DNA of 64,000 nt from Chrysomallon squamiferum (GCA_012295275.1 CM022673.1:7068001-7132000), one strand, 5' to 3'; positions 12,812 to 27,656 are shown, numbered from the stretch's first letter. The notes: a model not told the origin generated them from the sequence alone. Numbers and translations: made by a program.

Positions 12812-14096
12812 CTTAAATACTTACATAGGATCGCTAAATGTTTACTGCAGAATTCTATTGATTTTGAAATATTTCCTCATACTGTTTTGCTGTACAACAT
12901 TTATTAGCTTTTCAAGTTACCACTTCCAATACTGTGAATACGTACTATTGATGCAAAATTTACAATATTAGATATGTGTATCTTTTTTGTTCAGTATAAA
13001 TTATAACAGACGTATAGCTAGCTATTCACTTACCCATTTGAATGTTATCATTCACATTTGTGTAGATTACAAATATGTAATTTAGAAAAAAATAACTACA
13101 CAATAATAATTATTTTAAAATAATAAAAAAAATAACTACATGCAAAAGTGTTAATACATTTTGAAAACATTAAATGTAGAACATAATAATATTTCAAGAA
13201 TCAAGACTATATTTAAGTGGACTGTTCCCAATTTTTTATTTTATACAGTTTTTTTCACTTGTTATTTATTTATGTTTTTTGACGAGTGAACTTTAGAATA
13301 TGACGTCTATAATATGACGAAAGCGTAGTAATTGTTGATATGATGATATTTCATTTTAAACAGAATCAGATAAAATCCTATGAGGCAATATAAAAAAAAA
13401 AAGTTTCAGTTAGTATTACATATATATATATATATATAGAGTTACAATAATTTCAAAATCTGGTAAGGTAAAAAAAAAAAAAATGTTATCACAGCACTAA
13501 ATAAAAATTTGAAATACTTTTCCACATACAAAACACTTCACATTGTAAGTAGATCTTAATTTTTTGGGGTAGGATTTGTTTCAAGAAGGTTATAAGGTAT
13601 ATTATATCTTCTTTTCGAAATAAATAAATAAATAAATAAAGAGGGATAATATTTTTAAATACTAACAAAAATAATATCAGAAAAAAGTAAGAAGAAAGTA
13701 ATGACCTAAAAAAAAAAAAAAAAAAAATAAAAAAAATGGATGTTTGTTCGCGACTGCTTCTGTAACTAACTGGTACCGGATATAGTTATCAGCAGCGTAA
13801 AGGAAATGCTGAATGAAAATTAACTAGAATTAGATTCCCTTTTTAAAATCTCGTGTAACGTTAATCAAGCAATTGTGGAACTAATTTTCTCACTTTCTTC
13901 TTCTTTGGATTTCGGTAAACATATTATTAATAGCGTGGACGACAACCATTTAATCATAGGTCGAGCCGCGAGAGCGATATAACATTACATGACGTCTGGA
14001 CGGTTAAATTAATACTATTGAATGTCCGCTTTTGAGAGAGGGTGAGCTAGTAAGAAGGAGAGAGAAAGACAGAGAACGAATAAGATTGAAATACAT

Positions 14097-14099
<3 letters not shown>

Positions 14100-14184
<85 letters not shown>

Positions 14185-14192
14185 GACAGAGA
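14100..14192. repeat. (GA)n followed by (GACA)n microsatellite
   Basis: Directly visible. Confidence 0.97.
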
Positions 14193-14439
14193 GAAAGCGA
14201 GAGAAAGGGGAAGGAAAGGAAAGTGAGAAATACAGAGATAACAACAGATGTACAGAAAATGATGGATATTAAAGCTGCATAGAAAATAATGAGAGAAAAT
14301 AAAGCGAATATGTTCAAATGCATAATTATGGGTATCTATGTTCTTAATTACACGGAGCTTCACTCACTCTCACATATATCTTCATTAAACAATCTTCATT
14401 CGGAAATATTTTCTTTAAAATCACTGCTAAAGCGATTAC

Positions 14440-15050
14440 TGCATAGAAAAGCTGTTTGAACGGACGTCATTTGCTATTCATCCATCTTTTTTTACCTCAC
14501 ATCACTCACACGTCCTCACGCAACACGCCGCCTAAAACTCTGTTGCACTTGCACTTTTCTGTTTTTTCGTCGCTCTTCTGCAAACTTCAGTTCTGCGTGT
14601 CGACCAACTCAAAACCTGGATCCGGCGGGCTCCGTTTCCGATCCGCAAGCCGAGTTGAACGTGTTTGGCCAGCTGTCAACGGTTGACAGTCAAGTTGTTA
14701 TTCTTGACGCTTTTCAATAATTTCTAAGACTTTGACGCGCTCGCTGTATTGACCCTACACTGTTTACTTTCCTTTTCCAAAATGTTCTTCATATTTTCTT
14801 TGATATAATTAAAGAAGAGCGCGATGGCTTGCAATATATCGATGCGTTTGAACTGTTTTGCTGTCACTGTGTACGTTAGGCTGAAGAACTTTTTGGTTCT
14901 TGCTGTGAATCGAATGCCGGCCAAGACGTTAGTTATGACTCTCAGCATTGATGTGGGGGATAAAGCTTTTGTCAGTAGCAGAATACTATAATCCATATTT
15001 TCTTGCAAACACCTTGAGAAGAAATATTGGTTTTTAACAATATTCTATGG
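14440..15050. promoter_or_regulatory. Long CpG-rich island, promoter- or enhancer-like
   Basis: High CpG density, GACGTCA near 14463, Inr-like TCAGTT 14587-14592, inverted TGACAG pair 14673-14689. Confidence 0.4.
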
Positions 15051-16930
15051 TAAATAAGATGCAAAAAAATATAGAAAAAAAATTTTTTTTTTTAAGTTAA
15101 TCTATTTCTGATCTAGTAAATTTTCTGCATGTTGCGCGTAATCCGTTGCAACCAGATTTATAGATGAAACACTCTTTGTGCTCTTTGCTGATGTGTATTC
15201 AATTAATTTTAAAGTAATATATTTATTGCTTTATTTAACCATTTCATCGTATAAGAAAATAACAGTGTAAGTCACCGATATCGACGATATCAGTTTAGAG
15301 ATAATATAAAATTAGATAAAAAAATAAAATAAAAAAAAAAAAAAAATAAATAAATAAATAAAAATATCAATAATAAATAAAAAGGTGAAGAAGAAGAAAA
15401 AACATCAATACATCAATACAGTCATCATTATATTCATAAAAATAAAATCATTTATGAGGATGAATATAATAATGATGATTTGGTAATGATAATTTAGCCA
15501 CCGCTTTCATCTTTATTGCGATAATCATCCACAACAGCATTACCTTCTTTATCAAAATAATCATTATTTTAATCATCATCCAATTCATTATCATTATCGC
15601 GTCCACATGACTATCATCATTATTAATATCACAATCATATTCATAATCATCAAAATCATTATCGTCATCATGGTTACCACCATCATCATCATCATCATCG
15701 TCACCATCGTAATGTACATTATACGTTAATTATGCTCCACAAATGGCAATGCTTGAACCTACAAACACGAACCTAACAGACTCCTATAAAACGAGAAATA
15801 ACAATACAAACAGCGATATTTTTCAAGAGGCCTGCAAGTCCAACAGGAATCGCATCAGTGTAAACAGATGCGAGACACGATCCATGCTAATCTCGCGAGT
15901 TTGAACACAAAAGTCGTTTATCGATCACGATCAAGTGACGCTTTCCGCGGCTTAAAAGCTTCGGTCACTTTCTAAAGACACATTCTGGAGTAAGCGATCT
16001 TCTAGCCGTCGTAAACACAATAGTGCTAATGTCGACTGTTTGGACAAGTAGGCACTGGAAGTAAGAGTACGAAAATACTCAGTTAATCAGTGATGCTCGA
16101 CATTCCAGTAGGAGCACATCATTCTGTGCGACCCGTTTCCAATAAAGGTGTATTAAGCCGCACAAAGCAATTCACACCAATACGTGGTTTAAAGAGTCGT
16201 GTTGATTTATCATTTTATTTTATTTCGTTTTATTTATTTATTTATTACTACCAGTGTTATTTCTACTAGTACTTCCACAACTGTTATTTTTACTAATACC
16301 ACTACTACCACTACTACTACTACTATTACTACTACTATAATAACAACAAAAAGGTAGTAGTTGTAGTCCGAAGAGTAGCACTTGTAGAAGTAGTAGTAGT
16401 TATTGTAGTAGTAGTAGCATCAGTAGGATTAGTAGTAGCACTAGTAAAAGTAGTAATAATAATATCACAGTTCAAGTAACTTCACTTTGATCCACATTTT
16501 ACTTCTTACTTCCATCAGTTGTAATAAAAAAAGCTTGTAAGTTAATGATATATTATAATATATAAATATAAAATTATGTATCTCTTAGATATATTTGGCT
16601 TAGAATGAAATGACGGTAATTTAAATATAAACAAGCAGAAAAAGATTATCATTTAGTCTGTTTTTCTAACATATTCCGAACAATAACAAAATTATATAGA
16701 AAAGAAGGTTTCAAAAATCCTGAATTATCTTTATTGATGTTAAAATTCGATAAATTTTAGGAAAAAAAATGAAATTTTTCATTATAATACAGTTAACGTA
16801 AACAAAATATCTAAGAATCTAATATCAAAAGTTTTTTGTTAATTTTAATTTTGAAATTCATTTTTCTGTTTTACTTTTTCTCTTTTTTCCCCTTGTTTAT
16901 TATCTCTTCAGTTTTTGGTCTTTCTCTATT

Positions 16931-17083
<153 letters not shown>

Positions 17084-18269
17084 TTTATTCCTTCAGAGTC
17101 TATTGCTTGCAAAGTTGCAAATAAGAAATGTCCACACTTTGATTGCCCGGATTAATCCGATCGCCAGCCCCAATCAAATCAATATTTGAGCTGAAACGTA
17201 GAACATGTTGGGCGTTAATTTGTTCTCATCGTTGATTCCGCATTCGAAAAAGGACTAAGCCGATTTCGTCTTGCAGAATAATTGAAAATTACTAACTTGG
17301 TTTCAGGAAAAAGTGAAAACGCAAAAATTTCAAATCAAGTGTTTTCAAGGTTTAGACAATTTAAATTTATTCGAGCCTTTTAAAATTTATAAAATCATCA
17401 TCATTGTTATTATTATTATTTTTTTTTTTTATTATTAAATACTTATTTATTTTTTATTGTTTAGTTTATTATTTTAAAATATGTTTTGTTGAATTTGTAT
17501 TAGTTATTTTTGTCTATTAATTAATTAATTAAGTTATACACTTGTTTATTTATAAATTTATTTAATGAAGAATGAAATTATTTAATTAATACCGTGACTT
17601 CCAAAAATAAATCTAATAGCTCTGCAATTATTTAATTTAGTCCTGTAATTATTTAATTACTTTATCAACAAATTTTTATTAACAAACAAATGAACTAAAT
17701 AAAATACATTTTAAAAAGCATCTATTAGGCAATTTATTAAAATGTATTTCAACTACATACTCTTTAAGAAATGTCATTGTCAGATTGTTAAATATCCTTA
17801 AAACAAAAGCTAGTCAATTTTCAAATCAAGTTTTGTCAGTTTTACTTTCTCTGTTGCTACTTTCCTCATCACCCATCCATCTGCTCTTTTAATACTGACC
17901 AGATGATTTGATCTGGAGTTTAATATCGAACTTTTGTCTTCTCCAATAGTCGATATGACCCCAAAACACCGGCCAGTGTCCAGTATCGGCTTTGGCTAAT
18001 TGAAAACCGTGAGACGTGGACCTTATGTTGAAATCAATGGACACATTGCCTATCCACTCAGGGATGCTTGTAGTTGGTCATTTTGTGTATTAAAAATTAC
18101 TCGAGACATCTCAGTGAGTAATTAATTAGACGAAGTGGCTCTAATCCACTGTAAGGTTTTGTAATACGTAAGTGTCAAGGAAGAAGAGTTTATGTGTTTG
18201 TGATGATTTTATAATGAGCTATTTTGAAGAAATGTACGCAAAATGATTCTGTGTAACAAATCGCGTTAA

Positions 18270-18640
18270 CGGTATAGTATATAATGGTGTATAACAGTAT
18301 AACAAAACACAGCATAGCTGAGCATAGCAGAGCTTAGCAAAGTATAGTATGGTATGGTATGGCATAGCATAGAAACTATTGCGCAGAACAGCATATTAAA
18401 GTTCAATACGATATATTATATCACAGTATAGTATAGCATGATACAGTGTAGTATAGCATGCTACAGTATAATATAGTATACTGTAGTATATAGCATAGCA
18501 TAGAACATATTGCACAGCACAGCATATTATAGTTCAATACAGTATAACATAGTATAGTATAGTATAGTATAGTATAGTATAGTATAGTATAGTATAGTAT
18601 ATCATAACATAGGATTGCATATAGTGCACTATAGACTAGT
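18270..18640. repeat. Degenerate (TATAG/CATAG)n pentanucleotide repeat with an internal duplication
   Basis: Pure (AGTAT)n core at 18550-18602; the segment AGCATAGAA..TATTGC.CAG.ACAGCATATTA.AGTTCAATAC occurs twice (~18366 and ~18497). Confidence 0.9.
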
Positions 18641-19761
18641 ATTGTATCGTGTGCAAAGATTGTCTATTAAATGCTTATAAAACATTACATTTAGAAGAGT
18701 TTCTAATATATCGTGAGAACCGATACACCTGACCTAAATAGGTGTTAATCTTTGCCTTTACAACGTTTTGTGTTCAGGAATAGGTTAAGTATCAGGTTCA
18801 GATTAATTTGCCTCCGTTTATGTTTTGATATCGTTAGTGTATCAAGTTTTCGCAAGTCGTATATTGCTGGTCGTAATTGGCGCAAAAGATCAGTTTGTAA
18901 ATCAAGGCAGAAGTGGGTTAGTAGGGTATAGAACATTGTGAGATGCCGACAAGGCTTCTTTGGCTTTGAGATAATCATCGTGTCATTAATGCTGAGAAAA
19001 CTGTGAAATTCTGACGCTAATTTTGATACCATTAATTTTTTAGGTAACTTGAAAGATGTTAAGGTCCTAGTAAACGTGTTTGATTTCCCTAACCAAACTG
19101 ATACGAAGGGTTAATATGCTATTATCATATATGCATAGCTTTCTTTTAAACTTTGTGTTTTTAGAAAACATTCGGGTTACGAACTACGAAGCTATGTTTG
19201 TGGATAATAAAAAAACATTGTATGATGTTTCCATCAAAAGATGTTGTTTGTTCTGTTAAAAAAAACCTAATAAATCTTTTAATACTTTGCTGTCAGAAAA
19301 AAGTTTTAAAATGTCAGTATATGAAATGAAACCTTTATAGAATAAACCAAAAAAAAAAAAAAAAAAAATCTTTATACGTTAAAGATAAATCGGACTTCTT
19401 TTTTTTTTTAAACTAGTAAATAAAGGTTTGGTAGTTGTTGTTTTTCGTTACAAGACCTTCATACTGTGTTTCCTTAAGCTTTCTCTGAAAATAAATAAGA
19501 AATAATTACTTTGAAAAAAAAAAAAAAAAAAAAAGAAAAGATCTCAGACAGATTGCTGTATAATTTCCCAAGAGGTACAAAAAATTAGTTTTACAGATCA
19601 TTTGTTTTCTTTATTTATTTTTTGGGAAAAGGTTGTTTAAAGGTTAAGTACGAAGCTAAATCACATAACCCTGAGATAGAATAAACACTCAACTGAGCGC
19701 TAGAGCTCACTCTTTAGTATCCTTATATGTCGACCAGATTCATTTAGTGATTTCATCTGCA

Positions 19762-19819
<58 letters not shown>

Positions 19820-19987
19820 CTGCAATATATTTATAAAAAAACAACAGTAATAATAATCACACATAACATAATAACAACTACACAATACATACACATATAC
19901 ACACACTACTACTACATAATACACACACAACACACAACAGCAATACATTTATTACAAAAATCACTAGGCAATAAATGCGCACACACA

Positions 19988-20026
<39 letters not shown>

Positions 20027-20387
20027 ACACACACACAGACAGACATGCACAAACGCACACACACACAAACGTTTTGGTGGATATAATTCTTCTTCGTTGT
20101 ATTCTTTTTGCGATTGTTGTGATTGTCTTTGTTATGTTTCTTGATGTTGCTGTTGTTCTTATTGCTACTGGTGAATTGTTTTGTTGTATAAATAATTTAA
20201 TTCAAAATTTACAAATAAGAGTAAAATAAATTTAGTCTTGTAAAATTATAACAGTATAAACGGTCACATTTTACTGATGATACGTTAAAACATTACAGAA
20301 AAGAAAATCTGTAGAACAGCAAATTTAATTATCCACAATTAATTTAAACTTTTGCTTGTTCATGATTATTTTCTTGTATATTTTCAG

Positions 20388-20451
20388 ATAGCTTATTCTG
20401 GTCGTTTGCCAGTGATGACTGTGGATTATTTCGGATAAGTTATAACAAGTG
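20388..20451 (+). other. Candidate 64-nt spliced exon (UTR/lncRNA or short coding exon)
   Basis: Acceptor TTTTCTTGTATATTTTCAG| and donor TG|GTAAGT bracket a GC-richer segment. Only one frame is open (SLFWSFASDDCGLFRISYNK), with no recognisable homology. Confidence 0.4.
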
Positions 20452-20593
20452 GTAAGTAACGTTACTGAACTTCTAAATTTATCAAAAAATTCTCAGAAGT
20501 CTTTCTACGTAAATGCTCATAGGCCTTACATAATACTAAGCTTTTCTTTTTTTGAAAGCTGATATACGTCCATAAAGGGAAAGTTAATTAATT

Positions 20594-20595
<2 letters not shown>

Positions 20596-20666
<71 letters not shown>

Positions 20667-20715
20667 TTTTTTATTATATTATATTATATTATATTATATT
20701 ATGTATTTATTTATT
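20596..20715. repeat. (TTTA)n / (ATATT)n microsatellite
   Basis: Directly visible. Confidence 0.95.
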
Positions 20716-22199
20716 AAACTTATTAACGCATGGAATATGCAAATTATTAATACTTACACCTGATACAGGAACATCCAGTATAAGAAACACTCAAGCTAAA
20801 ATACCTTCTAAAACGTTAATGTTAACTTTATAACCATTTTCTTTTTTTTATTTCTCGTACTAATACTTTTGTGAATGAAATTATAATGTTTCCTCCTTTG
20901 AAGCAAAGATTTGCAGGATTCAGAAGAAAAAAAAAAAATGAATGATGTGGTACTGATATAAACAATGTCGGAAATAATTATAACGCCTGAAATGTCCAGA
21001 TGGAAGTTGTCAAACACTGTTATTGTACATCAACGTTCTGTGACAGATTCACATTTTCATAAAAAAAGGGTCTGGCGCCATCAATTTAATCAATATAACT
21101 TTCAGGATGAAATGAGTTTCGCTATAAAGCCAAAAAAAAAAAATAATAATAATAATAATAAATAAATAAATAAAAAATAAAATATATATATAAGAAATTA
21201 AAAAAAATTAAAAAATAACAACAAAAAAGTAATAATAATAATAAAAATGGAAGAATGAATGAATAAATACAAAAACAAAAATAGAGAAATTTTCAAAAAA
21301 CAAAAAAAACATTCTAAAAAATTCTAAAAAATGAAAGAGAAGAAAAACAAATTAATTAAAAAACCAAAAAGAAAACAAGAAGAAGAAAAAACCCATCACA
21401 ACAACAAGAAGAAAAAAAACCCTCTGACATTTATAATCATCCTACATTTCATTAACTATTTAAAGACATCGGAACAGAAATAAAATTTATCTTTGTAAAT
21501 CATGTATTTGTAAGCATTATACGTAAGCAGCAGAATACGTCTATTTAATCGATTGTCACTTTTAAAGTTTCCAGTTGAATATAAATTATTTGCTTTAATA
21601 GACCTGACTACCCCTAGAACTCATCTACTAATTACAATTTTATTAAATTAAATTAAATGAAGAGAAAATAGATTAAAGGATAACAGCTATATTACATGCA
21701 ACGACCACATGAATACAAAAAAAAAAAAAAAAAAAATAGAAGAAAATAACAAAAACAGTATCACAAACAATAATAACAACAAAACAACAAAACTGTAATA
21801 AATAAATAAATAATAATTAAAAAAAACTCAAACAAAAACGACAAAAATAACGTAATAATAATAATAATAATAAATTATAATAATAACTGATGACGATAAA
21901 GTTAATAATGACAACGATGATGATAAAAAACAGTAGTAACAACATCAACGCTATCAAATATCGTTCGGAAAAAAAAAAAAAAAATAAATAAATTAAATTT
22001 TTAAATAAATCTAAAAATAAAAACTGTTGCTTTTAAAAACATTTTAACCACTGATTAAATCAAACCTTATTAATGGCCATCACTGACAGAAACTGGCAGC
22101 CAGTACATCGGTATTTATTACAGCCTTTCAAATAAGCATCAAACAGAGATTGCTGGCAAATCCCAGCGTTTATCACTATTTGATTTATCTGCCCCTAAA

Positions 22200-22218
22200 G
22201 GCCGCTAGGTGGCATCAC
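22200..22218 (+). promoter_or_regulatory. CTCF-like binding motif
   Basis: GGCCGCTAGGTGGCATC closely matches the bilaterian CTCF core (CCRSYAGRKGGCR) and sits inside a complex island (22050-22480). Confidence 0.5.
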
Positions 22219-24823
22219 TTGAATACTAATTACCGGTGCAGTGTTTCCTTCGTGTAGTCCCGTGGATGTTCCGGCATTTACTTTTATGAATACGTAGACA
22301 AACAGACCAACGGAATGGCTCTCTCCCGGGATTTCCAAATCATTATAATGGTCCGGGTTTACACTGACGGTAATTAGCGAACAGTCATTATCGTTAATCT
22401 GAATGGAGCCCTGATCGTTAGCTGAATCAACCGACTATAGTGCATCTGGGAATTTGGTCAGTATAACAGCAGTGTTTGGCTCGTACGTCTGTACGAATAT
22501 AGATCTGTCTGCAATACGTGCACATTTGCATAAAAAACACAAATAAATGAAAACACGGACGCATGGACGGACAAACAGACAGGCAGATGAATTATATAAA
22601 TTAATAAAGGCATGATGGATAGATATGCGTATTGATTGGATGTTTGCACGAGTATGGTGAATGAATGACTTTGGATGCATGCTTCGAAAAACTGAGAAGT
22701 AATAAATACTGCACCGTTTTTTTGTGGACAAACATATATACGCTTACATATGTAGAGAGATCAATAGATAAACGTGCATGTATCAAAATTATGCTTTTTG
22801 CCTATAGTATGTAACTTACATAAATTAGTACGTTAGAACGAAGGCTTGAAACGATTGCATCTAATGACATTCAGTCAGACAGACAGACAGACAGACGGCA
22901 ACACGCTGAATGGTCATTTAAAGAGAAAACGCCATTATGGAAAATACACGACCACTGTAGCTGTCTCAGGCAGAATCTGCTAATCACTTTTTAAAATTTA
23001 TTATCACGAAAATTGTCGTTAAGAAGCGAGCGGACGAAAGTGAAGTCAACCATTAACCTAACTAGTGTGAAATCAATAGGCAGAAAAAACTATTTTGTTT
23101 CGCCAAAATAGAAAACATATAAAACAGTCTCTTTGGTTTCTAAAATTAGTCTTTTTTAAATTACTTTTTTTTGTTTCTTTGTCTGTCTTTCTCCTTTTAT
23201 TACACTTTTCATGATTTTAAACAAATTGTCTTTAAACACATGACAAGACAATTTCTAGTTGATTATTGTTTTATGTGTAATTAGATTTTGCTGAAGCCAC
23301 AATTCTGATCTGAATTTCTGTATGTCTAATTCCGCTACTTTCGAATTCTGACTAAAGATAAAAGGAAAAAAGAAAAAAGAAAAAGATATCTATATATAAT
23401 TAGGGAAATATAAGATTTTCATAGATGTCGTAAATTTTCCCTAATGGTGATTTAAAGGTCGTATATAGTCTATGTTCATGGACGCTAGTAGTGTACACCT
23501 TTATCACTAGTAGAAGTAATAATACACTGTATTGGAAATATCTGTTTAGATTTTCGTTTATTTGACTTTTATTATCCAAGCTCTAACCACTTCACTGAGT
23601 TGATCACACAACACTTATATTTCAATGAGTACCGCTGTATCAGCGTATAAGAAGGTTTGGTTTTAAAACAATCGGCTTCCGAAACCTTCACATCTTTCCA
23701 TGATGCTGGAAATCTAGGCAGATGTAATTTTTATTAGTATGTTCTAGAACAGTCTATCTTTTTACAACATTTCACAATACCTGAATACTAGTCAGTACAA
23801 TTTATACTTAATTATTTTATTTACTTATTTATTTTGTTTTCAATACTCTGTGTTAGTCGCAATACTGAAATCTTCAGAGTGACGAATGTGTTAGTTTTGT
23901 TCAGATGAACGTTATAGAGAGCGTGTTAAGTACCATTGTGAAATGCACGAAACACAACTCCATAAAATTTATAATAAATGTCATATTATCGCAAGGACTT
24001 ATAAATTATTTTTTTTTAGAAAATTACACCATAAAGGAAGTGACATTTACACATCCTCAGTTAATGCAATCTTTGCATTAAGTAGTCTTTAACAAGATGG
24101 CTTTAGTCATTTTATCACTCACTTAGCAGAGAGCCTTTTCTATGCATTGGGCTTCTTACAGATGATATATACACGACAATAACTGAAACAATAATTAATT
24201 CTCTTAAACGCAACCTTGTTAATTTAGGGCATCTAAGAAACATTCGTGGGCATACGAGAAAAAAAAAAAAAACACACGAGATGATGACTGTAACTGTATT
24301 TGCAGTAAAAGTTTAATTAATTATTGGTTGTCTTTTAACTAACTGTTCCATGTCGTATAAAAAAAAGAAGCTTCACGACTGTTAGCACGTCAGCCGGATA
24401 TTCTGCTGCGAAGCTACATGACATCTGATTGAAACAAACAATTAGTATCGGTTCACGGCATCGTGTTCACTGCTAATTGCTCGGGGATTGTTCCGTTTGT
24501 TCGTTTCCAGTTTCTATTTCCCGTTCCGACACGTCCGCCGAGGAAGAACTCTCACGCCCGAGACGTGATATTTCACGAGTTGGCTAATTAAGTTGTTTTC
24601 CACTGTCGTAACGAAGTGAAACGTAAATATTGAGTTGTTACTGTTAATTTTTAAAATGTATTGATGGGGTTGCTGTTTCTTACATAAATGTAAAGTTTAA
24701 GTCGTATAAAAAAACTAGTCTTTCTGTATGAGTGTATGAAAGAGATAGAGATGGAAGACATTGATAGATAAATAGATAGATAATGGATATACAGAGAAAA
24801 AAGAGATAAAAGAGAGTGCGAAA

Positions 24824-24893
24824 TGTGTGTGTGTGTGTGTGTATGTGTTTGTGTGTGTGTGTGTGTGTGTGTATGAGAGTGTGTATGTTGTGC

Positions 24894-24968
<75 letters not shown>
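24824..24968. repeat. (GT)n then (GA)n compound microsatellite
   Basis: Directly visible. Confidence 0.97.
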
Positions 24969-24972
<4 letters not shown>

Positions 24973-25325
24973 TGAAAAGAAAAGAAATAAAACGCGCCTC
25001 TAACTGCTTTAAAATTTGTATGGTTTACTATTTATGAAAGACTGTGAATTACATTTTAAACTATTCATGAGTTTTGTACATGAATTTAAAAACATTTTAC
25101 TTCTGTTAACATCTATGTATAAAACGTATTTTTTATCAAAGAAATACAAATCTAGATTATTTAATTTCTTTACATCTCTGTCTCTATCCATTACTCTGGT
25201 GAAATACATACACATTTTCAATCACGTAGTCTACAAGAAACTGCAAAAAGACAGGTTTTTAAAGTGTCACAGAATAAATCATATGTTCAGCCACTGATTT
25301 AGTACATTTTAGTCGAACCTGTACC

Positions 25326-25359
<34 letters not shown>

Positions 25360-25499
25360 GGTCAGTGTGTCCCCCGGGGTGTTAGATACAAGAAAATACT
25401 TTCAAGAAATTTGCTGCTGTTCCTTTCCTTAAAACACTATCACTTTTCTGTTAAATCTAATGACGTTTTTGTTCTCCGTAGTTTTCAAATCGGATAGTT

Positions 25500-25611
<112 letters not shown>

Positions 25612-26078
25612 TTCTTCCTTCCTATCTACATTTATATAAATAAATAAACAGATAAAATAAAATAACTAACTAACTAAATAAATAAAATTATTAATATAGA
25701 AAACTAAGTGATAATAAAAATATAAATGAACACATCTTAAGCTAAAACATCAGCATTACTTACGAGTTGGAAAAGGAATCTTTTTATTTCACTCAATATA
25801 ATTAAACATTAAAAAATATAATAAAAAAGAGTGGAAAAAATGGACGAGATAGATACTGACATTCACCTAACACACACATACAACGAACAAAAAATAAAAA
25901 AAAAAAAAAAAAAAAGAAAAAGAAAAGCAATAAAGTTAATGAACAAACAGAAACAACAAAAAACAAGCAAACGCTTTCAAAGAAAAGACATTGAGTGATG
26001 AGTATTAACATTAACCGTTAAATCATGAAATGGCAACAGATAATGAACAAAATAAAACGTAAAGAATAAATAATAATA

Positions 26079-26138
<60 letters not shown>

Positions 26139-27453
26139 AATAAATAAATAAATATTAAAAAAATAAATGATAAAAAAAAAATAATAAATAAAAATATATA
26201 AAATTAAAATTAAAAATTAACGGCTAAAAAGAGACATTTTTAAAACCAAGCTGAACGTAGAGATGTCTGGGATGAACGTCATTTAATAAATCTGCCATCT
26301 CCATCTTCGCCGTGTGAAAAGGTCTGAACCAGTCCGTCAGGATTTAGAAAATTTAATTGGAAAAATAACCAATCTGTCTGTTTTGATAGGTCAATTCAGC
26401 CACTGTCATGATAGGATTGTTTTTGAGTAATTTTTTTATTTTTTTTTTTTTTTTTTATTTTTTTTTTTATCTCGGTTATTTGAAAAAGAGACTGATAAAG
26501 AAAGACAATTTTTATAGGCGAGCGATAAAGAAGAACGATATTTCTGTGCAACAATGTAAGTGAATCGATGTAACAGATGAAGGAAATTAACTGAAAGTGA
26601 TATTGTCGGAAGGAAAGAATAACAGATTAGAATAATAATATTATTACATCGTAATACGTGGAAAAGTGGTGTTTGCTTATTCTCATAGTTATAAAGATCA
26701 AATTAGAAAAAGAAAAAACCAAAACATTAATGCGTGATTTTTAGAGTAGGAAGACAAAAATATTTTAAAAATATCTTGTTAAAATAATGATAATAAATAA
26801 AAGTAATAATAATAATAATAATAATAAAATAATAATAACAATGATAGTAATAACAAAAACAACACCAACAATAACAATCACAATGCCTGGATCATTTTTC
26901 TAACATCCACTTTCTGCTAGTAGATCACGGTAAACGCAATCTACAATAATCTAACTCACAAGGCATCGGTTAGTATTACTAACTAGGACAAACCCTGAAA
27001 TGAAGTTTACCACTGAAACTCGAAACCTCTTTAGTACAAAGAGTTATGCCATAGCACAATAGGAAATAATCAATAAATAATTTCAACATTTCTTTTTTTC
27101 TGTCTATTTTTTTTTTTCTTTTTTCTCGTAAACCATTAAATCCGAAAAGCCAGTAAGACCTATGGAGCGTGTGGTTTAAAACCCAATATGGTTATAGGCC
27201 AACAACTTGCGTAATGAGTGCGCAGTAATCGATTTGGGACGAGCTCTCACGAAGTAAGTGGTGGGGTGATTTTGGAATCAGTTGTTAATAGTAGTCGCTG
27301 TTTAAGTTTATTTCTGATCAGTTGTAAGTGCTGACTGGTGGAGAAGTTCTGAACTTGCGCATTTGTATCAACTTTGTGAATGAATTTTGTTTGTTTGTTG
27401 TTGTTTTTTTGTCTTTCTTTGATTATTTCTGGAGGAATATTAGAAATACTTCC

Positions 27454-27592
27454 GATGATGATGATGATGATGATGATAATGATGATGATAATGATATAAA
27501 ATTTAAATAAACAATGATAAATAATGACAGTAAATTGGACTGTGTGTTTAAAATGAACAACCACAATGATGATGATGATGACGATGATGATG

Positions 27593-27656
<64 letters not shown>
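27454..27656. repeat. (GAT)n/(AAT)n trinucleotide repeats
   Basis: Directly visible, in two tracts. Confidence 0.93.

Noticed and set aside
14724-15008. 94-aa minus-strand ORF of normal-looking composition
   Set aside because: Non-ATG start in a eukaryote, no recognisable domain and no supporting splice sites; compatible with chance in a GC-richer island.
17890-18076. ~60-codon stop-free minus-strand frame (TSIPEWIGNVSIDF...)
   Set aside because: No ATG, no convincing acceptor or donor, no recognisable family.
18745-19032. 95-aa minus-strand ATG ORF
   Set aside because: No recognisable motif or exon boundaries; cannot be supported without a homology search.
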